Origin: Bugula neritina
Taxonomy: Eukaryota > Animalia > Bryozoa
Assembly (NCBI GenBank): GCA_964035545.1
Contig: CAXIUT010000103.1
Coordinates: forward strand, 496,001-560,000
DNA length: 64,000 bases
Reading direction: 5' to 3'
A program made the translations under genes and the position numbers. The first letter of the stretch is position 1; every line of letters begins with the position of its first letter. Below the pieces are notes generated by a model. The model was not told the DNA's origin and ran no database searches. It was given only the letters and a program-made list of their open reading frames with translations. Shown here one piece after another: positions 11,601 to 24,800 of the stretch.

Positions 11601-13740
11601 GCAGTCGTGAATCTCAACAATGAATAATAATAATATGCATTGTCAATTTTCACAAAGTAGCAGTCTTCAGTCAGCCCTCTCTGGTTCAAGATGGGCATCA
11701 CTATACACACAAGAGTCAAGAACTTTAATGAGTCCTGTCAGCTAACCAGCTCATGAAGTCTACACAGTTTGGTTGCAGACGTTTGCATTTGACATTAGGA
11801 CTAAAGTGTTGACGACATGGAGATTTCAACTTCAGTTGTTAATCAACTTGTTTTGGATCTACTTGTTACATCTGGCTTACTCTTTCTGGTAGGTTTATTT
11901 CATTAACTTTCTAGACTGATTTTCTTAACTTTCTGAAGAGTTTGTTGTGATGCGAAATATTACCAAATATCTCATGGCAACGTGCCAATACATTTAACAC
12001 AGTAACGAAGCACTGGTGTCTTTGAAGCAGGCATCAAGTTATGCATAAGAATTTTCATCAAGTATCTAAACACATGCAAGTGATGAGTTTGGAGATATTA
12101 TTTAAAACTACAAAAGTTTCCATGCCGCGTGTAAATCAAAAGTGGACAAGTGCTGCAAACACCTCTTTTCATAGAATGACTCAGTTATTTCTCATATGTT
12201 TGCAAAGGCATCTAAAATTAGTTATTGCTCTAGCAAAATATAACACTGTGAAATGGCGCTGCAGATGAGCTTTCTCTTTTAATATGAAAACTGATGATTG
12301 AAGAGCAATATAGTCTACTAATAAAATGGGTTTCAGCAGTGACTCATCTCCACTGCCTGTAAACTATAAAGCTTCAAATCGTATACTGTAGGCCCATGGG
12401 CCAACTCTAGAACAATAACACAATTCACATGAGTCAGGATTGCTGGTTGTTAGAGGGGACAGGGGGGGCAGGAGATGGGATGGGAAAATAAAACATCTAA
12501 ACTCAATAGTAAAAGCGGGTGTACAATGCAAAGGTCTTCCAGCATCACTGGTTTTTCCATAATAACTGCAAGGCGCAAACTTTTGCTGATGGACAATCAG
12601 ACAGCAAAACTCTTGCAAATAACAAAACTAATATTAGTCTGTGTCTGCTTCGTATAAACACCAAGAACAAAATTTTGAGAAAGATAACTCCCAACACACC
12701 TATCTTGCAACTGGTGCTGGTGCAATGAAATTGAAGGGTTATGTTTCATAGTCATATATTCAGCTAGTACTTCTAACTGCAAAGAAATAACATTGCAGAA
12801 AAAGGTGAAGATGTGAAGCACTGTAGATTTATGGTAAGTTATAATATGCATTTGATATTATTTATCTGTCCAGAAAATAATATTATATTATATTTTATTC
12901 TACTCAGTAGTACCAACAATGAATATTTTATCATTGTGTATGGCAGTCGTGAATCTCAACAATGAATAATAATAATATGCATTGTCAATTTTCACAAAGT
13001 AGCAGTCTTCAGTCAGCCCTCTCTGGTTCAAGATGGGCATCACTATACACACAAGAGTCAAGAACTTTAATGAGTCCTGTCAGCTAACCAGCTCATGAAG
13101 TCTACACAGTTTGGTTGCAGACGTTTGCATTTGACATTAGGACTAAAGTGTTGACTACATGGAGATTTCAACTTCAGTTGTTAATCAACTTGTTTTGGAT
13201 CTACTTGTTACATCTGGCTTACTCTTTCTGGTAGGTTTATTTCATTAACTTTCTAGACTGATTTTCTTAACTTTCTGAAGAGTTTGTTGTGATGCGAAAT
13301 ATCACCAAATATCTCATGGCAACGTGCCAATACATTTAACACAGTAACGAAGCACTGGTGTCTTTGAAGCAGGCATCAAGTTATGCATAAGAATTTTCAT
13401 CAAGTATCTAAACACATGCAAGTGATGAGTTTGGAGATATTATTTAAAACTACAAAAGTTTCCATGCCGCGTGTAAATCAAAAGTGGACAAGTGCTGCAA
13501 ACACCTCTTTTCATAGAATGACTCAGTTATTTCTCATATGTTTGCAAAGGCATCTAAAATTAGTTATTGCTCTAGCAAAATATAACACTGTGAAATGGCG
13601 CTGCAGATGAGCTTTCTCTTTTAATATGAAAACTGATGATTGAAGAGCAATATAGTCTACTAATAAAATGGGTTTCAGCAGTGACTCATCTCCACTGCCT
13701 GTAAACTATAAAGCTTCAAATCGTATACTGTAGGCCCATG
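2700..13740 (+). repeat. 4-monomer higher-order duplication, period 5365 bp (2 copies; ends approximate)
   Basis: Private variants recur 5365 bp apart: ITKPIL ORF 4429/9794, QLFFICL 5337/10702, the 1339-bp short units 5337-6675/10702-12040, ILRKIT 7154/12519, atcacc 7936/13301. Confidence 0.9.
3995..5336 (+). repeat. Representative 1342 bp monomer (phase arbitrary)
   Basis: Runs from one atgcataagaattttcatcaag anchor to the next. No shorter internal periodicity is evident by eye. Confidence 0.97.
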
Positions 13741-16700
13741 GTCCAACTCTAAAACAATAACACATTTCACATGAGTCAGGATTACTGGTTGTTAGAAGGG
13801 ACAGGGGGGCAGGAGAGGGGAGGGGAAAATAAAACATCTAAATTTAATAGTAAAGGCGGGTGTACAATGCAAAGGTCTTCCAGCATCACTGATATTTCCA
13901 TAATAACTGCAAGGCGCAAGCTCCTGCTGATGGACAATATGACAGAAAAACTCTTTCAAATAAGTAAACTAATATTAGCCTGTGTCTGCTTCGTATAAAC
14001 GCCAAGAACAAACTTTTAGGAAAGATAACTCCCACCACACCTATCTTGCAACCGGTGCTGGTGCAATGAAATTGAAGGGCTATGTTTCATAGTCCTATAT
14101 TCAGCTAGTACTTCTAACTAGAAAAAAATAACATTGTCGGAAAAGTTGAAGAGGTGAAGCACTGTAGAGTTATGGCAAGTTAGATTCTCTATATGATATT
14201 ATTTATCTGTCAAGAAAATATTATATTATATTTTATTCTACTCAGTAGTACCAACAATGAATATTTTATCATTGTGTATGGCAGTCGTGAATCTCAACAA
14301 TGAATAATAATAATATGCATTGTCAATTTTCACAAAGTAGCAGTCTTCAGTCAGCCCTCTCTGGTTCAAGATGGGCATCACTATACACACAAGAGTCAAG
14401 AACTTTAATGAGTCCTGTCAGCTAACCAGCTCATGAAGTCTACACAGTTTGGTTGCAGACGTTTGCATTTGACATTAGGACTAAAGTGTTGACTACATGG
14501 AGATTTCAACTTCAGTTGTTAATCAACTTGTTTTGGATCTACTTGTTACATCTGGCTTACTCTTTCTGGTAGGTTTATTTCATTAACTTTCTAGACTGAT
14601 TTTCTTAACTTTCTGAAGAGTTTGTTGTGATGCGAAATATTACCAAATATCTCATGGCAACGTGCCAATACATTTAACACAGTAACTAAGCACTGGTGTC
14701 TTTGAAGCAGGCATCAAGTTATGCATAAGAATTTTCATCAAGTATCTAAACACATGCAAGTGATGAGTTTGGAGATATTATTTAAAACTACAAAAGTTTC
14801 CATGCCGCGTGTAAATCAAAAGTGGACAAGTGCTGCAAACACCTCTTTTCATAGAATGACTCAGTTATTTCTCATATGTTTGCAAAGGCATCTAAAATTA
14901 GTTATTGCTCTAGCAAAATATAACACTGTGAAATGGCGCTGCAGATGAGCTTTCTCTTTTAATATGAAAACTGATGATTGAAGAGCAATATAGTCTACTA
15001 ATAAAATGGGTTTCAGCAGTGACTCATCTCCACTGCCTGTAAACTATAAAGCTTCAAATCGTATACTGTAGGCCCATGGGCCAACTCTAGAACAATAACA
15101 CAATTCACATGAGTCAGGATTGCTGGTTGTTAGAGGGGACAGGGGGGGCAGGAGATGGGATGGGAAAATAAAACATCTAAACTCAATAGTAAAAGCGGGT
15201 GTACAATGCAAAGGTCTTCCAGCATCACTGGTTTTTCCATAATAACTGCAAGGCGCAAACTTTTGCTGATGGACAATCAGACAGCAAAACTCTTGCAAAT
15301 AACAAAACTAATATTAGTCTGTGTCTGCTTCGTATAAACACCAAGAACAAAATTTTGAGAAAGATAACTCCCAACACACCTATCTTGCAACTGGTGCTGG
15401 TGCAATGAAATTGAAGGGTTATGTTTCATAGTCATATATTCAGCTAGTACTTCTAACTGCAAAGAAATAACATTGCAGAAAAAGGTGAAGATGTGAAGCA
15501 CTGTAGATTTATGGTAAGTTATAATATGCATTTGATATTATTTATCTGTCCAGAAAATAATATTATATTATATTTTATTCTACTCAGTAGTACCAACAAT
15601 GAATATTTTATCATTGTGTATGGCAGTCGTGAATCTCAACAATGAATAATAATAATATGCATTGTCAATTTTCACAAAGTAGCAGTCTTCAGTCAGCCCT
15701 CTCTGGTTCAAGATGGGCATCACTATACACACAAGAGTCAAGAACTTTAATGAGTCCTGTCAGCTAACCAGCTCATGAAGTCTACACAGTTTGGTTGCAG
15801 ACGTTTGCATTTGACATTAGGACTAAAGTGTTGACTACATGGAGATTTCAACTTCAGTTGTTAATCAACTTGTTTTGGATCTACTTGTTACATCTGGCTT
15901 ACTCTTTCTGGTAGGTTTATTTCATTAACTTTCTAGACTGATTTTCTTAACTTTCTGAAGAGTTTGTTGTGATGCGAAATATCACCAAATATCTCATGGC
16001 AACGTGCCAATACATTTAACACAGTAACGAAGCACTGGTGTCTTTGAAGCAGGCATCAAGTTATGCATAAGAATTTTCATCAAGTATCTAAACACATGCA
16101 AGTGATGAGTTTGGAGATATTATTTAAAACTACAAAAGTTTCCATGCCGCGTGTAAATCAAAAGTGGACAAGTGCTGCAAACACCTCTTTTCATAGAATG
16201 ACTCAGTTATTTCTCATATGTTTGCAAAGGCATCTAAAATTAGTTATTGCTCTAGCAAAATATAACACTGTGAAATGGCGCTGCAGATGAGCTTTCTCTT
16301 TTAATATGAAAACTGATGATTGAAGAGCAATATAGTCTACTAATAAAATGGGTTTCAGCAGTGACTCATCTCCACTGCCTGTAAACTATAAAGCTTCAAA
16401 TCGTATACTGTAGGCCCATGGTCCAACTCTAAAACAATAACACATTTCACATGAGTCAGGATTACTGGTTGTTAGAAGGGACAGGGGGGCAGGAGAGGGG
16501 AGGGGAAAATAAAACATCTAAATTTAATAGTAAAGGCGGGTGTACAATGCAAAGGTCTTCCAGCATCACTGATATTTCCATAATAACTGCAAGGCGCAAG
16601 CTCCTGCTGATGGACAATATGACAGAAAAACTCTTTCAAATAAGTAAACTAATATTAGCCTGTGTCTGCTTCGTATAAACGCCAAGAACAAACTTTTAGG

Positions 16701-17800
16701 AAAGATAACTCCCACCACACCTATCTTGCAACCGGTGCTGGTGCAATGAAATTGAAGGGCTATGTTTCATAGTCCTATATTCAGCTAGTACTTCTAACTA
16801 GAAAAAAATAACATTGTCGGAAAAGTTGAAGAGGTGAAGCACTGTAGAGTTATGGCAAGTTAGATTCTCTATATGATATTATTTATCTGTCAAGAAAATA
16901 TTATATTATATTTTATTCTACTCAGTAGTACCAACAATGAATATTTTATCATTGTGTATGGCAGTCGTGAATCTCAACAATGAATAATAATAATATGCAT
17001 TGTCAATTTTCACAAAGTAGCAGTCTTCAGTCAGCCCTCTCTGGTTCAAGATGGGCATCACTATACACACAAGAGTCAAGAACTTTAATGAGTCCTGTCA
17101 GCTAACCAGCTCATGAAGTCTACACAGTTTGGTTGCAGACGTTTGCATTTGACATTAGGACTAAAGTGTTGACTACATGGAGATTTCAACTTCAGTTGTT
17201 AATCAACTTGTTTTGGATCTACTTGTTACATCTGGCTTACTCTTTCTGGTAGGTTTATTTCATTAACTTTCTAGACTGATTTTCTTAACTTTCTGAAGAG
17301 TTTGTTGTGATGCGAAATATTACCAAATATCTCATGGCAACGTGCCAATACATTTAACACAGTAACTAAGCACTGGTGTCTTTGAAGCAGGCATCAAGTT
17401 ATGCATAAGAATTTTCATCAAGTATCTAAACACATGCAAGTGATGAGTTTGGAGATATTATTTAAAACTACAAAAGTTTCCATGCCGCGTGTAAATCAAA
17501 AGTGGACAAGTGCTGCAAACACCTCTTTTCATAGAATGACTCAGTTATTTCTCATATGTTTGCAAAGGCATCTAAAATTAGTTATTGCTCTAGCAAAATA
17601 TAACACTGTGAAATGGCGCTGCAGATGAGCTTTCTCTTTTAATATGAAAACTGATGATTGAAGAGCAATATAGTCTACTAATAAAATGGGTTTCAGCAGT
17701 GACTCATCTCCACTGCCTGTAAACTATAAAGCTTCAAATCGTATACTGTAGGCCCATGGGCCAACTCTAGAACAATAACACAATTCACATGAGTCAGGAT
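12041..17800 (+). repeat. 2-monomer higher-order duplication, period 2680 bp (ends approximate)
   Basis: ILRKIT variant at 12519/15199, diverged B segment at 13741/16421, agtaactaag at 14681/17361. Confidence 0.9.
13741..14225 (+). repeat. Diverged 'B-type' segment inside an otherwise standard monomer (also 16421-16905, ~21885-22270, ~24465-24970, and partly 331-440 and 705-810)
   Basis: Linked diagnostic variants include aagctcctgctgatggacaatatgac vs aaacttttgctgatggacaatcagac, and gcaagttagattctctatatg vs gtaagttataatatgcatttg. Hand count gives roughly 45-50 differences in ~480 bp. Confidence 0.9.
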
Positions 17801-20800
17801 TGCTGGTTGTTAGAGGGGGCAGGGGGGGCAGGAGATGGGATGGGAAAATAAAACATCTAAACTCAATAGTAAAAGCGGGTGTACAATGCAAAGGTCTTCC
17901 AGCATCACTGGTTTTTCCATAATAACTGCAAGGCGCAAACTTTTGCTGATGGACAATCAGACAGCAAAACTCTTGCAAATAACAAAACTAATATTAGTCT
18001 GTGTCTGCTTCGTATAAACACCAAGAACAAAATTTTGGGAAAGATAACTCCCAACACACCTATCTTGCAACTGGTGCTGGTGCAATGAAATTGAAGGGTT
18101 ATGTTTCATAGTCATATATTCAGCTAGTACTTCTAACTGCAAAGAAATAACATTGCAGAAAAAGGTGAAGATGTGAAGCACTGTAGATTTATGGTAAGTT
18201 ATAATATGCATTTGATATTATTTATCTGTCCAGAAAATAATATTATATTATATTTTATTCTACTCAGTAGTACCAACAATGAATATTTTATCATTGTGTA
18301 TGGCAGTCGTGAATCTCAACAATGAATAATAATAATATGCATTGTCAATTTTCACAAAGTAGCAGTCTTCAGTCAGCCCTCTCTGGTTCAAGATGGGCAT
18401 CACTATACACACAAGAGTCAAGAACTTTAATGAGTCCTGTCAGCTAACCAGCTCATGAAGTCTACACAGTTTGGTTGCAGACGTTTGCATTTGACATTAG
18501 GACTAAAGTGTTGACTACATGGAGATTTCAACTTCAGTTGTTAATCAACTTGTTTTGGATCTACTTGTTACATCTGGCTTACTCTTTCTGGTAGGTTTAT
18601 TTCATTAACTTTCTAGACTGATTTTCTTAACTTTCTGAAGAGTTTGTTGTGATGCGAAATATCACCAAATATCTCATGGCAACGTGCCATTACATTTAAC
18701 ACAGTAATTAAGCACTGGTGTCTTTGAAGCAGGCATCAAGTTATGCATAAAAATGTTCATCAAGTATCTAAACACATGCAAGTGATGAGTTTGGAGATAT
18801 TATTTAAAACTACAAAAGTTTCCATGCCGCGTGTAAATCAAAAGTGGACAAGTGCTGCAAACACCTCTTTTCATAGAATGACTCATTTATTTCTCATATG
18901 TTTGCAAAGGCATCTAAAATTAGTTATTGCTCTAGCAAAATATAACACTGTGAAATGGCGCTGCAGATGAGCTTTCTCTTTTAATATGAAAACTGATGAT
19001 TGAAGAGCAATATAGTCTACTAATAAAATGGGTTTCAGCAGTGACTCATCTCCACTGCCTGTAAACTATAAAGCTTCAAATCGTATACTGTAGGCCCATG
19101 GGCCAACTCTAGAACAATAACACAATTCACATGAGTCAGGATTGCTGGTTGTTAGAGGGGGCAGGGGGCAGGAGAGGGGATGGGAAAATAAAACATCTAA
19201 ATTCAATAGTAAAGGCGGGTGTACAATGCAAAGGTCTTCCAGCATCACTGGTATTTCCATAATAACTGCAAGGCGCAAACTTTTGCTGATGGACAATCAG
19301 ACAGAAAAACTCTTGCAAATAACAAAACTAATATTAGCCTGTGTCTGCTTCGTATAAACACCAAGAACAAAATTTTAGGAAAAATAACTCCCAACACACC
19401 TATCTTGCAACTGGTGCTGGTGCAAAGAAATTGAAGGGTTATGTTTCATAGTCATATATTCAGCTAGTACTTCTAACTGCAAAGGAGTAACATTGCAGAA
19501 AAAGGTGAAGATGTGAAGCACTGTAGATTTATGGTAAGTTATAATATGCATTTGATATTATTTATCTGTCCAGAAAATAATATTATATTATATTTTATTC
19601 TACTCAGTAGTACCAACAATGAATATTTTATCATTGTGTATGGCAGTCGTGAATCTCAACAATGAATAATAATAATATGCATTGTCAATTTTCACAAAGT
19701 AGCAGTCTTCAGTCAGCCCTCTCTGGTTCAAGATGGGCATCACTATACACACAAGAGTCAAGAACTTTAATGAGTCCTGTCAGCTAACCAGCTCATGAAG
19801 TCTACACAGTTTGGTTGCAGACGTTTGCATTTGACATTAGGACTAAAGTGTTGACTACATGGAGATTTCAACTTCAGTTGTTAATCAACTTGTTTTGGAT
19901 CTACTTGTTACATCTGGCTTACTCTTTCTGGTAGGTTTATTTCATTAACTTTCTAGACTGATTTTCTTAACTTTCTGAAGAGTTTGTTGTGATGCGAAAT
20001 ATCACCAAATATCTCATGGCAACGTGCCATTACATTTAACACAGTAATTAAGCACTGGTGTCTTTGAAGCAGGCATCAAGTTATGCATAAAAATGTTCAT
20101 CAAGTATCTAAACACATGCAAGTGATGAGTTTGGAGATATTATTTAAAACTACAAAAGTTTCCATGCCGCGTGTAAATCAAAAGTGGACAAGTGCTGCAA
20201 ACACCTCTTTTCATAGAATGACTCATTTATTTCTCATATGTTTGCAAAGGCATCTAAAATTAGTTATTGCTCTAGCAAAATATAACACTGTGAAATGGCG
20301 CTGCAGATGAGCTTTCTCTTTTAATATGAAAACTGATGATTTAAGAGCAATATAGTCTACTAATAAAATGGGTTTCAGCAGTGACTCATCTCCACTGCCT
20401 GTAAACTATAAAGCTTCAAATCGTATACTGTAGGCCCATGGGCCAACTCTAGAACAATAACACAATTCACATGAGTCAGGATTGCTGGTTGTTAGAGGGG
20501 GCAGGGGGCAGGAGAGGGGATGGGAAAATAAAACATCTAAATTCAATAGTAAAGGCGGGTGTACAATGCAAAGGTCTTCCAGCATCACTGGTATTTCCAT
20601 AATAACTGCAAGGCGCAAACTTTTGCTGATGGACAATCAGACAGAAAAACTCTTGCAAATAACAAAACTAATATTAGCCTGTGTCTGCTTCGTATAAACA
20701 CCAAGAACAAAATTTTAGGAAAAATAACTCCCAACACACCTATCTTGCAACTGGTGCTGGTGCAAAGAAATTGAAGGGTTATGTTTCATAGTCATATATT

Positions 20801-21884
20801 CAGCTAGTACTTCTAACTGCAAAGGAGTAACATTGCAGAAAAAGGTGAAGATGTGAAGCACTGTAGATTTATGGTAAGTTATAATATGCATTTGATATTA
20901 CTTATCTGTCCAGAAAATTATATTATATTATATTTTATTCTACTCAGTAGTACCAACAATGAATATTTTATCATTGTTTATGGCAATCGTGAATCTCAAC
21001 AATGAATAATAATAATGTGCATTGTCAATTTTCACAACATAGCAGTCTTCAGTCAGCCCTCTCTGGTACAAGATGGGCATCACTATACACACAAGAGTTA
21101 AGAACTTTAATGAGTCCTGTCAGGTAACCAGCTCATGAAGTCTACACAGTTTGGTTGCAGACGTTTGCATTTGACATTAGGACTAAAGTGTTCACTACAT
21201 GGAGACTTCAACTTCAATTGTTAATCAACTTGTTTTGGATCTACTTGTCACATCTGGCTTACTCTCTCTGGTAGGTTTATTTCGTTAACTTTCTAGACTG
21301 ATTTTCTTAACTTTCTGAAGAGTTTGTTGTGATGCGAAATATATTGCCAAATATCTCATGGCAACGTGCCAATACAGTTAACACAGTAATTAAGCACTGG
21401 TGTCTTTGAAGCAGGCATCAAGTTATGCATAAAAATGTTCATCAAGTATCTAAACACATGCAAGTGATGAGTTTGGAGATATTATTTAAAACTACAAAAG
21501 TTTCCATGCCGCGTGTAAATCAAAAGTGGACAAGTGCTGCAAACACCTCTTTTCATAGAATGACTCATTTATTTCTCATATGTTTGCAAAGGCATCTAAA
21601 ATTAGTTATTGCTCTAGCAAAATATAACACTGTGAAATGGCGCTGCAGATGAGCTTTCTCTTTTAATATGAAAACTGATGATTGAAGAGCAATATAGTCT
21701 ACTAATAAAATGGGTTTCAGCAGTGACTCATCTCCACTGCCTGTAAACTATAAAGCTTCAAATCGTATACTGTAGGCCCATGGGCCAACTCTAGAACAAT
21801 AACACAATTCACATGAGTCAGGATTGCTGGTTGTTAGAGGGGACAGGGGGGGGGGCAGGAGAGGGGATGGGAAAATAAAACATC

Positions 21885-24800
21885 TAAATTTAATAGTAAA
21901 GGCGGGTGTACAATGCAAAGGTCTTCCAGCATCACTGATATTTCCATAATAACTGCAAGGCGCAAGCTCCTGCTGATGGACAATATGACAGAAAAACTCT
22001 TTCAAATAAGTAAACTAATATTAGCCTGTGTCTGCTTCGTATAAACGCCAAGAACAAACTTTTAGGAAAGATAACTCCCACCACACCTATCTTGCAACCG
22101 GTGCTGGTGCAATGAAATTGAAGGGCTATGTTTCATAGTCCTATATTCAGCTAGTACTTCTAACTAGAAAGAAATAACATTGCCGGAAAAGTTGAAGAGG
22201 TGAAGCACTGTAGAGTTATGGCAAGTTAGATTCTCTATATGATATTATTTATCTGTCAAGAAAATATTATATTATATTTTATTCTACTCACTAGTACCAA
22301 CAATGAATATTTTATCATTGTTTATGGCAGTCGTGAATCTCAACAATGAATAATAATAATACGCATTGTCAATTTTCACAAAGTAGCAGTCTTCAGTCAG
22401 CCCTCTCTAGTTCAAGATGGGCATCACTATACACACAAGAGTTAAGAACTTTAATGAGTTCTGTCAGGTAACCAGCTCATGAAGTCTACACAGTTTGGTT
22501 GCAGACGTTTGCATTTGACATTAGGACTAAAGTGTTCACTACATGGAGACTTCAACTTCAATTGTTAATCAACTTGTTTTGGATCTACTTGTCACATCTG
22601 GCTTACTCTCTCTGGTAGGTTTATTTCATTAACTTTCTAGACTGATTTTCTTAACTTTCTGAAGAGTTTGTTGTGATGCGAAATATATTGCCAAATATCT
22701 CATGGCAACGTGCCAATACAGTTAACACAGTAATTAAGCACTGGTGTCTTTGAAGCAGGCATCAAGTTATGCATAAAAATGTTCATCAAGTATCTAAACA
22801 CATGCAAGTGATGAGTTTGGAGATATTATTTAAAACTACAAAAGTTTCCATGCCGCGTGTAAATCAAAAGTGGACAAGTGCTGCAAACACCTCTTTTCAT
22901 AGAATGACTCATTTATTTCTCATATGTTTGCAAAGGCATCTAAAATTAGTTATTGCTCTAGCAAAATATAACACTGTGAAATGGCGCTGCAGATGAGCTT
23001 TCTCTTTTAATATGAAAACTGATGATTGAAGAGCAATATAGTCTACTAATAAAATGGGTTTCAGCAGTGACTCATCTCCACTACCTGTAAACTATAAAGC
23101 TTCAAATCTTATACTGTAGACCCATGGGCCAACTCTAGAACAATAACACAATTCACATGAGTCAGGATTGCTGGTTGTTAGAGGGGACAGGGGGGCAGGA
23201 GAGGGGATGGGAAAATAAAACATCTAAATTCAATAGTAAAAGCGGATGTACAATGCAAAGGTCTTCCAGCATCACGGGTATTTCCATAATAACTGCAAGG
23301 CGCAAACTTTTGCTGACGGACAATCAGACAGAAAAACTCTTGCAAATAACAAAACTAATACTAGCCTGTGTCTGCTTCGTATAAACACCAAGAACAAAAT
23401 TTTGGGAAAGATAACTCCCAACACACCTATCTTGCAACTGGTGCTGGTGCAATGAAATTGAAGGGTTATGTTTCATAGTCATATATTCAGCTAGTTCTTC
23501 TAACTGCAAAGAAATAACATTGCAGAAAAAGGTGAAGATGTGAAGCACTGTAGATTTATGGTAAGTTATAATATGCATTTGATATTATTTATCTGTCCAG
23601 AAAATAATATTATATTATATTTTATTCTACTAAGTAGTACCAACAATGAATATTTTATCATTGTTTATGGCAGTCGTGAGTCTCAACAATGAATAATAAT
23701 AATATGCATTGTCAATTTTCACAAAGTAGCAGTCTTCAGTCAGCCCTCTCTAGTTCAAGATGGGCATCACTATACACACAAGAGTTAAGAACTTTAATGA
23801 GTCCAGTCAACTAACCAGCTCATGAAGTCTACACAGTTTGGTTGCAGACGTTTGCATTTGACATTAGGACTAAAGTGTTGACTACATGGAGATTTCAACT
23901 TCAATTGTTAATCAACTTGTTTTGGATCTACTTGTTACATCTGGCTTACTCTCTCTGGTAGGTTTATTTCATTAACTTTCTATACTGATTTTCTTAACTT
24001 TCTGAAGAGTTTGTTGTGATGCGAAATATTACCAAATATCTCATGGCAACGTGCCAATACATTTAACACAGTAATCAAGCACTGGTGTCTTTGAAGCAGG
24101 CATCAAGTTTTGCATAAAAAAATTTATCAAGTATCTAAACACATGCAAGTGATGAGTTTGGAGATATTATTTAAAACTACAAAAGTTTCCATGCTGCGTG
24201 TAAATCAAAAGTGGACAAGTGCTGCAAACACCTCTTTTCATAGAATGACTCATTTATTTCTCATATGTTTGCAAAGGCATCTAAAATTAGTTATTGCTCT
24301 AGCAAAATATAACACTGTGAAATGGCGCTGCAGATGAGTTTTCTCTTTTAATATGAAAACTGATGATTGAAGAGCAATATAGTCTACTAATAAATTGGGT
24401 TTCAGCAGTGACTCATCTCCACTGCCTGTAAACTATAATGCTTCAAATCGTATACTGTAGGCCCATGGTCCAACTCTAAAACAATAACACATTTCACATG
24501 AGTCAGGATTACTGGTTGTTAGAAGGGACGGGGGGCCGGAGAGGGGAGGGGAAAATAAAACATCTAAATTTAATAGTAAAGGCGGGTGTACAATGCAAAG
24601 GTCTTCCAGCATCACTGATATTTCCATAATAACTGCAAGGCGCAAGCTCCTGCTGATGGACAATATGACAGAAAAACTCTTTCAAATAAGTAAACTAATA
24701 TTAGCCTGTGTCTGCTTCGTATAAACGCCAAGAACAAACTTTTAGGAAAGATAACTCCCACCACACCTATCTTGCAACCGGTGCTGGTGCAATGAAATTG

